A DNA stretch of 64,000 nucleotides. Source: the human T2T-CHM13v2.0 reference genome, Homo sapiens. Below, piece after piece: positions 39,201 through 57,186 of this stretch (within the stretch, counting starts at the first letter, position 1; the number at the start of each line of letters is the position of its first letter). Both the position numbers and the translations under genes were made by a program. Under the pieces are notes generated by a model. That model was not told the origin of the DNA. It worked only from the letters and a program-made list of their open reading frames with translations, and did not search any database. Location of the stretch: NCBI RefSeq assembly GCF_009914755.1, contig NC_060925.1; one strand, written 5' to 3'.

Positions 39201-39573
39201 TAGTAGAGATGGGGTTTCATCATGTTGGTCAGGCTGGTCTTCAACTCCTGACCTCAGGTGATCCACCCGCCTCAGTCTCCCAAAGTGCTGGGATTACAGG
39301 TGTGAGGCACCGCGCCTGGCCCAAATCCATTATTTAAATGTAACTTTGCGTTTACAAGAAATACAGCAATAAAAGAACAAATTAAGTATCACCACAAAGA
39401 AATAATGAGATAAATCCAGAAGGTGGGACATTCTAGAAGGAAATAATCAAATGCAGAATATGGAACATTCTATAAAACTAATAGAAGTCTCTTTAAAAAT
39501 GTCAATGTTCGGCTGGACGCGGTGGCTCACGCCTGTAATCCCAGCACTTTGGGAGGCCAAGGCAGGTGGATCA

Positions 39574-39819
<246 letters not shown>

Positions 39820-39978
39820 TCAATGTTGGCCGGGCATGGTGGCAGGCCAAGGTGGTAGGATTGCTTAAGGTCAGGAGTTCAAGACCAATCTGGGAAACAG
39901 AACCGATCCCTCTAAAAAATTTTTAAACAGAAAGGATAATCATATTATATTCATGTAGGAGAATGTATTTATTCCTAG

Positions 39979-40200
<222 letters not shown>

Positions 40201-40342
40201 TGATATTTTCTTATAGATACTAGTATGCCAACTTTCAAAAAATATTTGGCATGGGCCAAAACATTAAAAATCATCCTGTCACCAGGCGCAGTGGCTCACG
40301 CCTGTAATCCCAGCACTTTGGGAGGCCAATGCAGGCGGATCA

Positions 40343-40690
<348 letters not shown>

Positions 40691-42639
40691 TCACTGCAAC
40701 CTCCACCTCCCAGGTTCAAGTGATTTTCCTGCCTCAGCCTCCTGAGTAGCTGGGATTACATGCATGCGCCACAACGCCCAGCTAATTTTTGTATTTTTAG
40801 TAGAGACAGGTTTCACCATGTTGGTCAGGCTGGTCTTGAACTCCTGACCTTGTGATCCGCCCATCTTGGCCTCCCAAAGTGCTTCGGTTACAGGTGTGAG
40901 CCACTGCGCCCAGCCTCTTTCTCCCTTTTCGCATGCGTGAAATTTTCTTAATAAAAACTGAGGTGGGGTAGGAGGGAGTGGAACTACCTACTCATATCTT
41001 AGCTGTGATATTCTGTACTGCTACATTCCACCTATCTCTTTGGTATTTACTAAATAACTGGTAGCCTTGTTGGTTGAATTTCTTGATTTATTCCCAGGAC
41101 CAATTTTCATGTAGCTTGTATATATACATTTCTCTTTTTTTATTTTTATGCATCCATTTTCACTTAATATACATTTCTTAAGACATAGCAAAATAGTTAA
41201 ATAAGAAATAACAAATTAAGGTGGATTATGTAGGCTACCAAGGAGGTACATTACTTTCTTCCATTAATCCATTATTTGACATCTTGGTAACCTAGGTGGT
41301 TTCTCTATTTTGTAGTAATTGTAACATGATTTTTTTGTGCACTCAATAGGTTTTACTTAACACTGCAGGCTCACACAGAACTATTAGCAATACTCAGTCT
41401 CTTGTCTCATCCTTCAATCCATAATATGGGAGTACCAGATAAATACTCTCCTGGAGGGAAGGGGACTATTTCTTAAATGCTGGCGAATATGGTAGTCTAT
41501 ACTAAGGCCCTATATGATCAGCTAGTCAATAAAAGTCTATATAATTGTAAAGGCAAGATAAAAACAGACCTTTTAAAACAATATACTATTTAAAAGCAGC
41601 AAAAAGAATCCTGCAGATACACCTGTATACTTTTAAGGTATTTAATGGGCAGCAAATGTTGCCTATCTTCATCTCAAAGAAAATGAGAAAAAGATCTGTT
41701 TTCCACAACTATCCTGACATACTTGGTTCTTGAAAGCTCTGAATTCCTTTGTCTTGTTCTTTCATAGCTGTAAAGTCCAGAAATGAAGAATGAAGAATTC
41801 AGAAATGAAGAATTTGGTATCTAACGTTTTCAACTTACTGCCAGTACATACCTGCCCAAAAATCAACATAAAAAGAACATTTGGAACAGGAAAAATATTT
41901 TACAGAAAACAAACATTTTAAGAATACCACTTTCTTGTTCCAGGGTGAAAAATAAACAATGATAATCCTCAACATAACTGGTAATTATGTTTTCAAGTTA
42001 CCTCAATTTTTGGCTCTAAAAAGGACTAATACCAGAAAACCTATAGGGCTGAATACTTAATCTGTGTATAAAACTATAGTTAAACATGTAATAAGCTTTT
42101 ATTTATCCAGTCTTTTGCACAGCCCATTTTGTCCCTCACAACATCTGTTATAGTACCTCATATGTAAGAATCATAAGGGTTTTAAGTAGTCTTAATAACC
42201 TAAAATTTCCAAACTCAAAATACTTTCCTCTTGTCTGGTAGCCAATCCTGTATCAAGAAACACCCAAATATTTAGTTCTGTGCTCTTTACTAAAACAAGT
42301 AAGCAACAAGTTCTCTTCTTTAAAGGGGTTCAATATTCAGGAGTCCCTTTCCCAAGAAAAATATCTATACTATGATGGAAAACTTTTCTTCAATGACAGC
42401 TGTGTGTTGCCTAAATTCCATTTCTATGCTTTCAATTTCTTTTAACTCTGCTAACACCTAGCAATAGGTTAGTGTCTCTTTTCTGCTCTCCTCCCCTTGG
42501 TTACATATAAAAATACGTTTTTCAGTTGGGCGTGGTGGCTCACGCCTGTAATCCCAGCACTTTGGGAGGCCAAGGCGGGTCGATCAAGAGGTCAGGAGTT
42601 TGAGACCAGCCTGATCAATATGGTGAAACCCCATCTCTA

Positions 42640-42879
<240 letters not shown>

Positions 42880-42949
42880 TTACCATATTGATATTATGGC
42901 AAAGGCATTAACCAGCTCTAGGATTTGTAATCAACCAGCTCTAAAGTTT

Positions 42950-43075
42950 TTATTTTACAGATAAGGTCAAAACAGTGGTTTAGAGAGACGAAGTAACTTC
43001 CTCAAGGTTACAGTTAGTAAATATCCCAGTTAGGATTCAAAGCAAGCTTTTTTTGCTTTAGAATTCTTCCCCAGG
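42950..43075. mobile_element. MIR fragment
   Basis: ATTTTACAGATAAG...AAGTAACTTCCTCAAGGTTACAGTTAGTAAAT...GGATTCAAA core. Confidence 0.55.
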
Positions 43076-43189
43076 TCACTGCCTCTTCCATCAACTTCAA
43101 CTATTTATAAATTCTCCCAAGTTCCCCAAGGGAGTTAGATTTGAATGATGTAAAGAGCAGAAACATAGGACTGACTGAATGATTCTCAT

Positions 43190-44827
<1,638 letters not shown>

Positions 44828-45258
44828 TCCTACATTATACCACTAGTTCAAGATGGGAGTGGAAACTCTAACTAAATCAGGTTCGTCCCAAGAGTCCATT
44901 CTGTTACCTCCTTTAGTTTGAGATACAACACCAACACAGCTCTGGAAAAGGGAAGGAAATCAACGGCACAAGGTGTCACTTGTTTCAACATCTTGAACAC
45001 TTTTATGTTAGACCAGTAATTCTCAATGTAGTGGTTACATTAATCAGTCTCAGCCCCAGGACTGCTCATTTGAAAATGTAAAGATGACAACCCCCCTCTG
45101 CTCCATTCAAATAAATTTGGGGGATGAGGCCCCCCAAATTGTACGTTTAACCACCTTCAAGTTACTTTTTATGCACCCCGAAGTTGAGAACGATTGTGCT
45201 AACAGTTCGAATTCAGAGTTCAAGCTCTCAGACCCTGAGCAATAGTGTCTCAAAATTA

Positions 45259-45621
<363 letters not shown>

Positions 45622-45949
45622 TCAAAAAAAAAAAAAAAAGTAAAACCCCATTTCTGTGGAGTTTTGAGCGGCGGTAAGAGGTGTCTACGGGCTTGGAAGG
45701 ACGGGCTACACCGCTTGCATCAACACGGCGGCTGCTGTGAGATAGTCCAACTGCATCTTAGTTTCCATTTCGAAAATGAGACTGGCCACTAAATGACTCT
45801 AAGGACTCATCAGCACTACCTTTTTCTGAACTAAGAATGTCTAAGACAAGTGCTACTAGCAGTTTGAGAGAATCCCACATCTGGAGAGGAAGGAAATAAG
45901 AACAACACGCAGAAAGACGGAAAGCAAATAGATCAATGACAGTACTCCT

Positions 45950-47290
45950 TTGCAAAAGGTGCCAAGAATCTAAATAAAATAGTCCCCGGGATAAACATGG
46001 CGCCCACCGCGGCAGGACATAATCACCAGAAAATAAAGATTCCCCGCCTCATTCCATTTTATAAATCACGGCGCCATCCCAAAAGAAATTTGGGGACCGA
46101 GGGAGGAGACTTCGTAAACTAGCTGCAGTGCACTAAGGCTTAGGATGTACTATTAGACCAAGCAGAGATTACATAACACAAGGGATCGGCTCAGCAATCA
46201 CTCATTTTCCTCCTCCCGCTCAAAACGAGCGCCCCACTCCTTCTCGGAGCGGGAATGGGGCGGGGAGGGCCGCGCACCCCCACCCCCAGGGGCCGCTCCG
46301 CCGCCGCCCGCCCCTCCGCCGCACGGCCTCGCCCCCTCGCCGGCCCCTCCCGCCGCGCCCCGCCGTCTCGCCACCGCCCGCGCCCCCGCCCCCGCCCCTT
46401 CCCCAGCGGGCCACCGCCCGCGCCCGCGCCGCCCACTCCTCCGAGACGCCTCGCGCCGAGCGTGCGTGTGGACGTCGGGCTGTGTGCGGGGCCGTGGGGC
46501 GCGAGTGCGCGCGCGCGCGCCGCGGCGGGCGCCGGGGGGCGGGGGCGGCCGGCCAGCCGGCAGGCAGGGACCTCCGCCGCCGGCCCTTCGCGCGGCTCCC
46601 GCGGCCCGGGGCGCACGCACACACACTCGCGCTCGCGCGCCGCACCCCGCGGCCGCCCCTGCCGCGGGCCGCGCCGCCACTCGCGGTGGGCGGGGGCGCG
46701 CACCGCCGGCCCCCCGCCCCCACCCCCGCGCGTACCGGCCCCATCCCCCTCTCATTGTCTCGCCTCTGAACGCCTCGCCGAGCGAAAAGATAACGGAACC
46801 CCCGGGAGCAGGGGGTGGGGAGAGAGAAGGCTCGCTCGCTCACTCACCTCCCGTGGTCGTCGCCGCCGGTAGTCTGACCCGAGGAAGGCGCCGTCGCCTT
46901 AAAGGGACCTTACACCCGGCGCCAGAAGGGGGTGGGAGCAGGGGGAGGGGACGGGGGCTTGGGGGGAGACGAAGAAGAGGTAACCGTTGAAAGCTCGTCT
47001 CCCCAAGGGTGAAAGGAAGCCTCCCTCGGGTTCGAGTGATTCGGGGTGGATTTTTTTCCCGAGGGGGGCGGGGGGGCCCCGAGGGAGGGGGGTGGGGGGG
47101 CCAAGGAATGCGGCTCCGTGTACGGGAGCTGGCGCGGGGGAGAGAGACGCCGACTCCCCCCACCGACCCTCTCGCCCCGCGGAGGGATACGGCTCGTCAC
47201 TTCCGCCCTCCCCTTTTTCACGGCCTCCCAATTGGTCGGAGCGCGCTGCACGTCATGGGCTCATCCAAACCCCTGCCCGGGCTTCTTTTC
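45950..47290. promoter_or_regulatory. POGZ CpG-island promoter
   Basis: Dense CpG and very high GC, many GC boxes, ETS core CACTTCCG (~47198-47205), palindromic CCAATTGG (47228-47235), CRE-like GCACGTCA (47248-47255). No obvious TATA box. Confidence 0.92.
46848..47200 (-). other. POGZ: POGZ exon 1 (non-coding 5' UTR)
   Basis: Strong donor GAG|GTGAGT (plus strand ACTCAC at 46842-46847) inside the CpG island. No AUG on the minus strand between 46848 and 47200. The 5' end is inferred from promoter motifs. Confidence 0.75.
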
Positions 47291-49369
47291 TAGTCAAGTT
47301 TGGCTGGGCCTGCAAATAAATAAATAAAGGAAAACATTTTTTGTAATGAAAAAAGAATAATTAGCTTCAGAAGCTATATCTAAATTTTGGTGAGAAAAAT
47401 GAGACTTCCAAAGAAAATATTCCCCAATTTACTTGCCAAGAGTTTCCAAGGAAGTGTTGGGAGGCTCCCCCACTTTCCACTCAAGGCTTAGACCCAGTCA
47501 AGAGGGAGACTTCATGACACAGGCCAGGTGGTGAGGCCCAGTGGCACCAACAACTGTCATTGGAACAAAGAACAAAATGGCACTCACTCTTTCTCAAGAG
47601 ACACTCGGCCAAGTAACCTTGTGGCTGCGGCCTTGTTTAAGTGAAGAACTTTTAAAAGCCATTTTGATCCTCAAGCCCTTCTGGATCCTGGAAAGAAGTG
47701 GCACACGATTGTTAAAGCGATTATTGTGATGGAAACTGCTTTGCTCCCATTGTGAGTAGATTCAGCAGAGATCCCCAGTTCCAAGAAACCACACACACTC
47801 CACATCCTTATGCTTTTTGCTCCAATCAAGGCTGAGATGGGTTGGCTCAAAGAAATTGGTTAGTCCACTCAAACGACCATCCACCTGTTTATTCTTCCCC
47901 AGACAAAAACTACCTCTTTTCAGGTAGCTAAGAAATTTTGTCCTTTATTGCCTTCTGAGATTATAAAAATGTAATATTTTCCTTGAATATTTGAAAATGT
48001 TTGCTATTTAAGCAATACACAAATATTTGCTTCAAACCAAATGTGAAATCAAGGTACTTGGTGCAGAAAGGGGAAATCCAGAACTATGTTTATTTGTGCT
48101 CTTTATATACACACTCCATTCAAACCACCAGACTGAAAATAGGCAGTGGAAGTAGGCATTCCAAATTGTATGCACCTGCCCGTGTGAGTGTGCACATGTG
48201 CATACACATACACACACTGCCACCACCCAGTTTCATTCCATTTCATACCAAAACCATGTGAGTGATTTCCACTAGTGTAGGATGCTTAGGAAGGACTTCA
48301 TTATTTGAATGAGAAGAATCACTAAATCCTTCTGAAAATACTTCTGAAGACTTTCCAGACCTGATCTGGAGAAGCCCATATTAGGATTATGGGATCAATC
48401 ACCAAAAGACTACATGAAACTCAAATCCTATTTTATACTGTCGTGTAATTAGTATAATTCATTATATATGTTATATTTACATTATGTATATTACGTTATT
48501 AACCTTTGAAAAATTCCAACATATTTCCCCATGCCCTGTCAATTTATTCTCCCAGCCAATGAGATCTAGCGCAGACTATGCCATATACCGTTGACCAGTA
48601 ACTGTTAGCATGCTTTATTGAAAATGGATCATGCATCCATTCATTCATTCAATGAATATTTATTGGGGGCTGGGCATGGTGGCTAACACCTGTAATCCCA
48701 ACACTTTGGAAGGCCAAGGGAGGAGGATCACAGCAGTCTGAGGGCAGCCTGGGCAACTTAGCAACATCCCATCTCTACAAAAAAAAAATTTTTTTTTTTA
48801 AACAGAGTCTCGCTCTCTCCCCCAGGCTGGAGTGAAGTGGCGCGATCTCGGCTCACTGCAACCTCCGCCTGCTGGGTGCAATTCTCCTGCCTCAGCCTCC
48901 TGAGTAGCTGGGACTACAGGCGTGCGCCACGATGCCTGGCTAATTTTTTCTGTTTTTAGTAGAGACGGGGTTTCACCAAGCAGGCTGGTCTCGAACTCCT
49001 GACCTCGTGATCTGCCCGCCTCCGCCTCCCAAAGCGCTGGGATTACAGGCGTGAGCCACCGTGCCTGGCCCCAAAAAATTTTTTTCATTAGCTGGTTGTG
49101 GTATTCCTAGATACTTGGAAGACTTGGGAGGATCACTTGAGGCCAGGAGTTTGAGACTGCAGTGAGCTATGATGACACTACTTGCACTCTAGCCTGGGAG
49201 GGACAGAGCAAGATCCTGTCTCAAAAAAAAAAAAAAAATTATTGAGCACATGTACTAGGCACTGTTTTAGGTGCTGGGAATACAGCAGCAACAACAACAA
49301 CAAATACCTGAATCTGTGGGATTTATACTCTAGAAGGAAAGAGACATAAAATATACACATAAACAAATT

Positions 49370-49850
49370 GTTCTATTGTCTATTGTTAAATAACAAATGA
49401 CCCCGAACTTAGTGGCTTAAAACAACAATTTCATTACCTCTCATGGTTCTGGGAGGTAATTAGGCTCAGCTAAACAGTTCTCACTTGGGAGTCTCGTATG
49501 CAGTGGCTAGGGCTGAAGTAATCTCAAAAGCTTCCTTACATGTCTGGAAGTTGAGGTTGACTGTTGGCTTGGACCGCAGCTGGGGTTGTTGGCAGACCAT
49601 TTACAAGTGGCTTCTCCATGTAGCCTGGGCTTCCTCATATCATAGTGGCTGAGTTCCAAGACTGAGTGCCCCAAAAGGACCAGACAGAGATCGTGACCTA
49701 GTCTCAGAGGTCATATAGTGTTACTTCCATTACAGTTACAGGATGGAGAGCATAGATCCCCATCTCTCAACGGGAATAGTGGAAATGTCACATTGTAAGA
49801 AAGTGTGCGGAAAGGGAAATCTTGTGGCCATCTTGGAAAATGCAATCTGA
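49370..49850 (-). mobile_element. MLT1 (ERVL-MaLR) solo LTR nested in an L2 fragment (~48640-50260)
   Basis: CTTAGTGGCTTAAAACAACA and CCTGGGCTTCCTCA; L2 flanks CATTCATTCATTCAA, TACTAGGCACTGTTTTAGGTGCTGGG and GGATCACTGTGGCTGCT. Confidence 0.65.
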
Positions 49851-50351
49851 TATACATTATGTAAATAAATATGGATTATATGAAATGGTGATAGGTGCTA
49901 TGAAGGGTAAAGGGCAGGATAGGGGAATTAGGAGTGTGGTGCAGACATGGGGGTGGAGAATTTGCTATTTTATGTGGGGTGATTGGAGAAGTCCTTGTTA
50001 AGGTGACATTTGGGCAAAGACCTGAAGAAAGTGAAGCAAAGTTTAGGTTTTACCTGTAGTGAAAATGAAGCTGCTGGAGGATCATAAAGCAAGTAGTGAC
50101 ACGGCCTGACTCACGTTTTTAAAGGATCACTGTGGCTGCTTGTGAAGAATAACTAATAGAGGCAAGGGCAGATGCAGGGAGACCAGATAGAAGGCTATTG
50201 CAATAATCCAGGTGAGAGTTGATGGTAGCTTGGACCAGGATGGGAGTTGTGAAGCTGCTGCTTCAGGTGATTGAGTTCTGTGGTGTGTTACTTACTCCTC
50301 TCTATTTTTCTGTCATTTAGTTTGTGCCCTGGGAGACAGTTTTGACCCATA

Positions 50352-51180
50352 ATGCCCAATAAAATGAGTGATGGTGCTGTGCCTGCCACCAAGAATACAG
50401 AAAGTCTATCATGCTAAATGTAAAAGTGGGAGTTTTGCAGGATCTGGAGGCACCTTTGAGGAAATGGGTGAGGAAACAGAGGGTAAAGATCAACAGGCAA
50501 TTAGGGAATGGAGTGTCTTTTGACGTTGTAAAAGGTATCCTGGCCAGGTGTGGTGGCTCATGCCTGTAATCCCAGCACTTTGGGAGGCCGAGGTGGGTGG
50601 ATTACAAGATCAGGAGTTTGAGACCAGCCTGGCCAACATGGTGAAACCCCATCTCTACTAAAAATACAAAAATTAGCCAGGCGTGGTGGCACATGCCTGT
50701 AGTCCTAGCTACTCAGGAGGCTGAGGCAGGAGAATCGCTTGAACCCGGGAGGTGGAGGTTGCAGTGAGCCGAGATCACACCACATCACTCCAGCCTGGGT
50801 GACAGAGTGAGACTCCATCTCAAAGAAAAAAAAAAAAAAAGGAAATGATGAGCAAAGACATTTTATACCTTCAGAAGATTTCAAGGAAACTCTGCCACCT
50901 TACATTACAACACTGGTGCAGCACTTCAAAAGAGACTATACAGTTAACACTGCTATTTCCAGAAACGTATTCCTTGTGCTAAAGAGAGAATGCTCATATT
51001 AATTTGGACAGTGTTGGAACATTTTGCTTCTTCAGCTAAAACACAGGTTTCCAGAGTGAAGTAACAGAACTGATAGCTTTGGTCTCTCTTTTGGACCATC
51101 TGGATAATGGTTTGAACCATCTTGATGATGATGGGAAACCCAAGTAGTAGAACAAATAACCTGAATCAGATCCTTAGAAA
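50352..51180 (+). mobile_element. Putative decayed pogo/Tigger transposase remnant interrupted by an Alu
   Basis: Translation gives ordered motifs [51 protein letters not shown] and LDDDGKP..VVEQIT, resembling Tigger HTH, CENP-B HTH and DDE_1 regions. Confidence 0.5.
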
Positions 51181-53375
51181 TCAACTCGTATGTGCCTCTG
51201 TAACATACTGGGGAGGAATCTGAAAGCCAATCCAGTCTGATATGTTGAAGAAATTTGATCCTAATAGTGGTACTCCTAAAAATTATTCCAGTCTTCAGTA
51301 GCCAACTTAGAAACTTTTTCTAAGAAAGAAAGTCAAAGGTTAATGGATGTCCCAAGCTGAGCTTTTCAGTTACATAGCTGGAGAGTGTTTCTTTTCTACA
51401 GTTTATGGAAATACTTACTTGCTTCCTTGACTTACGGTTTCTGCCACAAGTTGAAAATTGGGGCTGGGCACGGTGGCTCATGCCTGTAATCCCAGCACTT
51501 TGGGAGGCCAAGGCAGGCAGATCACCTGAGGTCTGGAGTTCAAGACCAGCCTGGCCAAAGGTCTTTAGTAGAGATGGTGAAACCCCATCTCTACTAAAAA
51601 TACAAAAAATTAGCCAGGCGTGGTGGAACGCGCCTGTAATCTCAGCTATTTGGGAGGCTGAAGCAGGAGAATCACTTGAACCCAGGAGGTGGAGGCTGCA
51701 GTGAGCCAGGATTGCACCGAGCCAGGATTGCACCATTGCACTCCAGCCTGGGCAAGAAGAGTGAAACTCCATCAAAAAACAAACAAACAAACAACAACAA
51801 CAAAACATACAAAAGAAAATTGGAACCACCTGTAGCTTGGAGAATGTTAAAGAAGAGAGACAAATGATTTCAGCATGTCTTCAAAAGCATTGAGTCATGG
51901 ATGCCCTCGGTGGCATCATTTTGCTAAAATGCAGACCTAATCACTTATTGTTCAGGTTCAGCGTGAGGTTGACTGGTATGTGTTTGGGCGGGGAGTAGGG
52001 AGGCTCAGATGGTGAGGTTAGTCCAGGCAGAAATAAGCTTCGTGGGAGATAATGCCAGATTTCTTTAAGAAATGGGTAACAGCCGAACACGATGGCTCAC
52101 GCCTGTAATCCCAACACTTTGGGAGGCGGAGGTGGGCAGATCACAAGGTCAGGAGTTTCAGACCAGCCTGACCAAAATAGTGAAACCCCGTCTCTACTAA
52201 AAATACAAAAAATTAGCCGGGTGTGGTGGTGCATGCCTGTAATCCCAGCTACCTGGGAGGCTGAGACAGGAGAATTGCTTGAACCTGGGAAGCGAAGGCT
52301 GCAGCAAGCCGAGATCACGCCACTGCATAGCATCCCGGGCCACAGTGTGAGACTTCGTCTCAAAAAAAAAAAAAAAAAAGAAAGAAAGAAATGGGTATCC
52401 CACTCTCTGTAATGCACACTCAGGATTGTCAAAGCTGGAACCTCAAAGAGAGCTACTCATTTCAGAAAACGTAAGAGAAAAACAGTAGAGACATTTTTAC
52501 CATCTGAGCAGCTCCCAGGTGGAAAAGATGGATAGCTGATTGCACTGAGCCTGGGATTCAGCATGTGTATAAGTCAGCATGTGTGGTGGAAGGAAAACAT
52601 TGAGGTGCTTAACTTGACAGGCAAATTGCCATGAAATAAAGGGCAAGTGGAGATCTACATTTGACCAATGTCAAATTAAAAAATGGGGAAGTTAACAGCT
52701 GTGGCCGGATTTTATTTAGGAATATTATTTGCTACCTTCTTATGTTTAGAAGAGTTGGGGACTTTCCTAGAGACACAGGAGGTGAGAAAAAGCCTGAGGA
52801 AGTTCTCAGACTGGGTTTCTAAAGGAAGAATTCCCATTAGCTTTCAGTAAGAAGCAATTAAGATCTCTGTCTTCAAAATATATTTCATAAGAAATGCATG
52901 AGCAGCAGTGTTATCATCATCAAGAGCTCACTGTGAGTTGCTGCATGGTTTCCTAGGAGGTAATGATGTAGTTTAACTTCGAATTAAATTAATATTTTAA
53001 AGAGATACCCAGAAGCAAAGCTATACTTGTCTAATCTAGGTTGTTGCTATGGAGTTGACCAGGTATGATTATCAAGTAATTAAATTGACTCCATAAAGCT
53101 TCATGACAAAATAAATTGGACTATTTTATAGGTATGCTTGATATATGACTTGTTCCTGATAATGGATTGCAGAGTAAAATGTAGTAAAAATTCCTTTTCC
53201 TCTAGCATACATTCTTTTTAAATTTAGCAGTGTTTATATTTTATTATAGTCATGCATAATTTTCAGAATGCAACTGTGGACAGTAAATAGCTTTTCCAAT
53301 TCATATTTTTGAAGGACATGATGATTAATATCATTGTTTTACAGATGAGAAGACTGAGGTATCATTCAGAATTAA

Positions 53376-53582
<207 letters not shown>

Positions 53583-54521
53583 TAAATTTTTTAAAGGTTT
53601 CTGGTGTAGATAAGTGGTCAGGTCCGTTTGGGTCTTCTCTTATTACTGAATATGTACAATAGGAGTTAGAGGTGGCAAAGGGGCCATCTCCCATGACAGC
53701 AAAAGATCATCCATTTTTAATGACTTTTCTGTTACCTGAAACATAGAGGTAATAAAATCTGACAACGTGAGAGTGCCACGATTCACCAGTTTAAAATCAT
53801 TTTATAGGAGGAAAATGATTTAACTTTCATTCATTCAGGAAATAATTCTTATTTCTCAGCTTTCACATAAATGTAGCTGTGTGTATAAGTGCTGTGCATC
53901 AGGTGTGAATAAGAGTTTTCTCTTTCCTACGAACCTTGCTTCCTGGCAGGCTCTGATCTCTGTTTCTCCTATTCAGAGATCTTATTCCTAGCCTAGAAAA
54001 GTGAGTCTTAAACTTTTCTGCATCATGACCCCCTCAAAAATCTCTATAAAAGCTATGAATTATCTCCCCCAGAAAAATGCACATTTGTACATATACACAA
54101 CATTTTGCAAGCACTTTCAGACTTGAATCCTGTTTCTGGGCTTGTTCATGAACCCCAGTGGACAAGATGCTTCTGGCCAGTCATGGTGGATCACACCTGT
54201 AATCCCAGCACTTTGGGAGGCCAAGGTGGGTGGATCACTTGAGGTCAGGAGTTCAAGACTAGCGTGGCCAATATGGCGAAATCCCATCTCTACTAAAAAT
54301 ACAAAAATTAGCCGGGCATGGGGGTGCAGGTCTGTAATTCCAGCTACTCCTGAGGCTGAAGCATGGGAGGCGAAGGTTGCAGTGAGCTGAGATTGTGCCA
54401 CTGCGCTCCTCCCTGGGTGACAGAGCAAGACTCTGTCTCGAGGAAAAAAAAAAAAAAAAAAGTTATGCTTCATTCCCTATCTTCCTAGAGAAATGATACA
54501 TTTCTCAATAATCCTATATGA

Positions 54522-54803
<282 letters not shown>

Positions 54804-55099
54804 TAGTGGCCAGGCTGGTCTCGAAGCCCTGACCTCATGATCCGCCCGCCTTGGCCTCCTAAAGTGCTGGGATTACAGGCGTGAGCCACTGTACCCGGCC
54901 ATTATTATTATTATTTTACTTCTTCCTTTATCTTTGCCCAAGATGTTCTTCGACATGTAGGAAAGTCCAGGAACCTCTAGAACCCCATAGATGATCAGAT
55001 AGTCTAGTTACTTCAGCCAGTTGAGTTGATATAATTGGCATTAAGGAGGTTATTTTGATTCTCCAACCTTGCAAGAATAGTGGCTCTCCTGGGATGCCT

Positions 55100-56235
<1,136 letters not shown>

Positions 56236-56910
56236 TTATATTAGAGATATAATATATAAAATGTCTAGGCCAATACTTTACAGTAGTTACTCCATAAATG
56301 GTAGTTTTTACCAATAATTCTTAAGATATAAATATTTTATGGGACATGATAACATTTGACTATACTCATGGATGACAGGCTCCCTATTCTGATTCTTCCC
56401 GAGATTTCTTACCTTAAGGTATCTCTTCTAAATACTTTGGGTCTTGGGCTCAAGCATCTTTTATAAAATTGCTTGAAGTAATAACTTCCAAGAAATACGT
56501 AGTTATTGTTCTTAATCAGTCAAGCATTTAGTAAAACCCTACTATTTCTTCCACATGTTAATTAACAAAATAGGTAACGTAATATTGCCAAGTGTTAATT
56601 TGTGTGGCCCAGGCAATTAAAGAATATGACATATAAAATGATGTTAAATGTATGAGACAGACAGTACCTTCTGGCAAGAGATAGGAAAGATCTGTGCAGG
56701 CTCAAGTCTTCGGTGAAAAATTCTTGAAAGGAGTGGGCTCAGACCTTGTCTTAAAGAAGGGGCAGGATGTAGATAAATGAGGGAAAAGAAGAAAGGCATT
56801 CCACGTGGGCAGCAGATTAATAAAGTTACTGATAAAACCAACAAAGAGGCCGGATGTGGTGGCTCACGCCTGTAATCCCAGCACTTTGGGAGGCCAAGGT
56901 GGGCGGATCA

Positions 56911-57186
<276 letters not shown>

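Noticed and set aside
46191-47327. Long overlapping Arg/Pro/Gly/Ala-rich ORFs on both strands
   Set aside because: Expected from stop-codon scarcity in a CpG island; no recognisable domain.
51125-51165. ATGATGA...CTGA pair
   Set aside because: Too short for a snoRNA and better explained as Asp codons of the transposase remnant.
53043-53058. RFX X-box-like GTTGCTATGG
   Set aside because: Only half of the palindrome matches.
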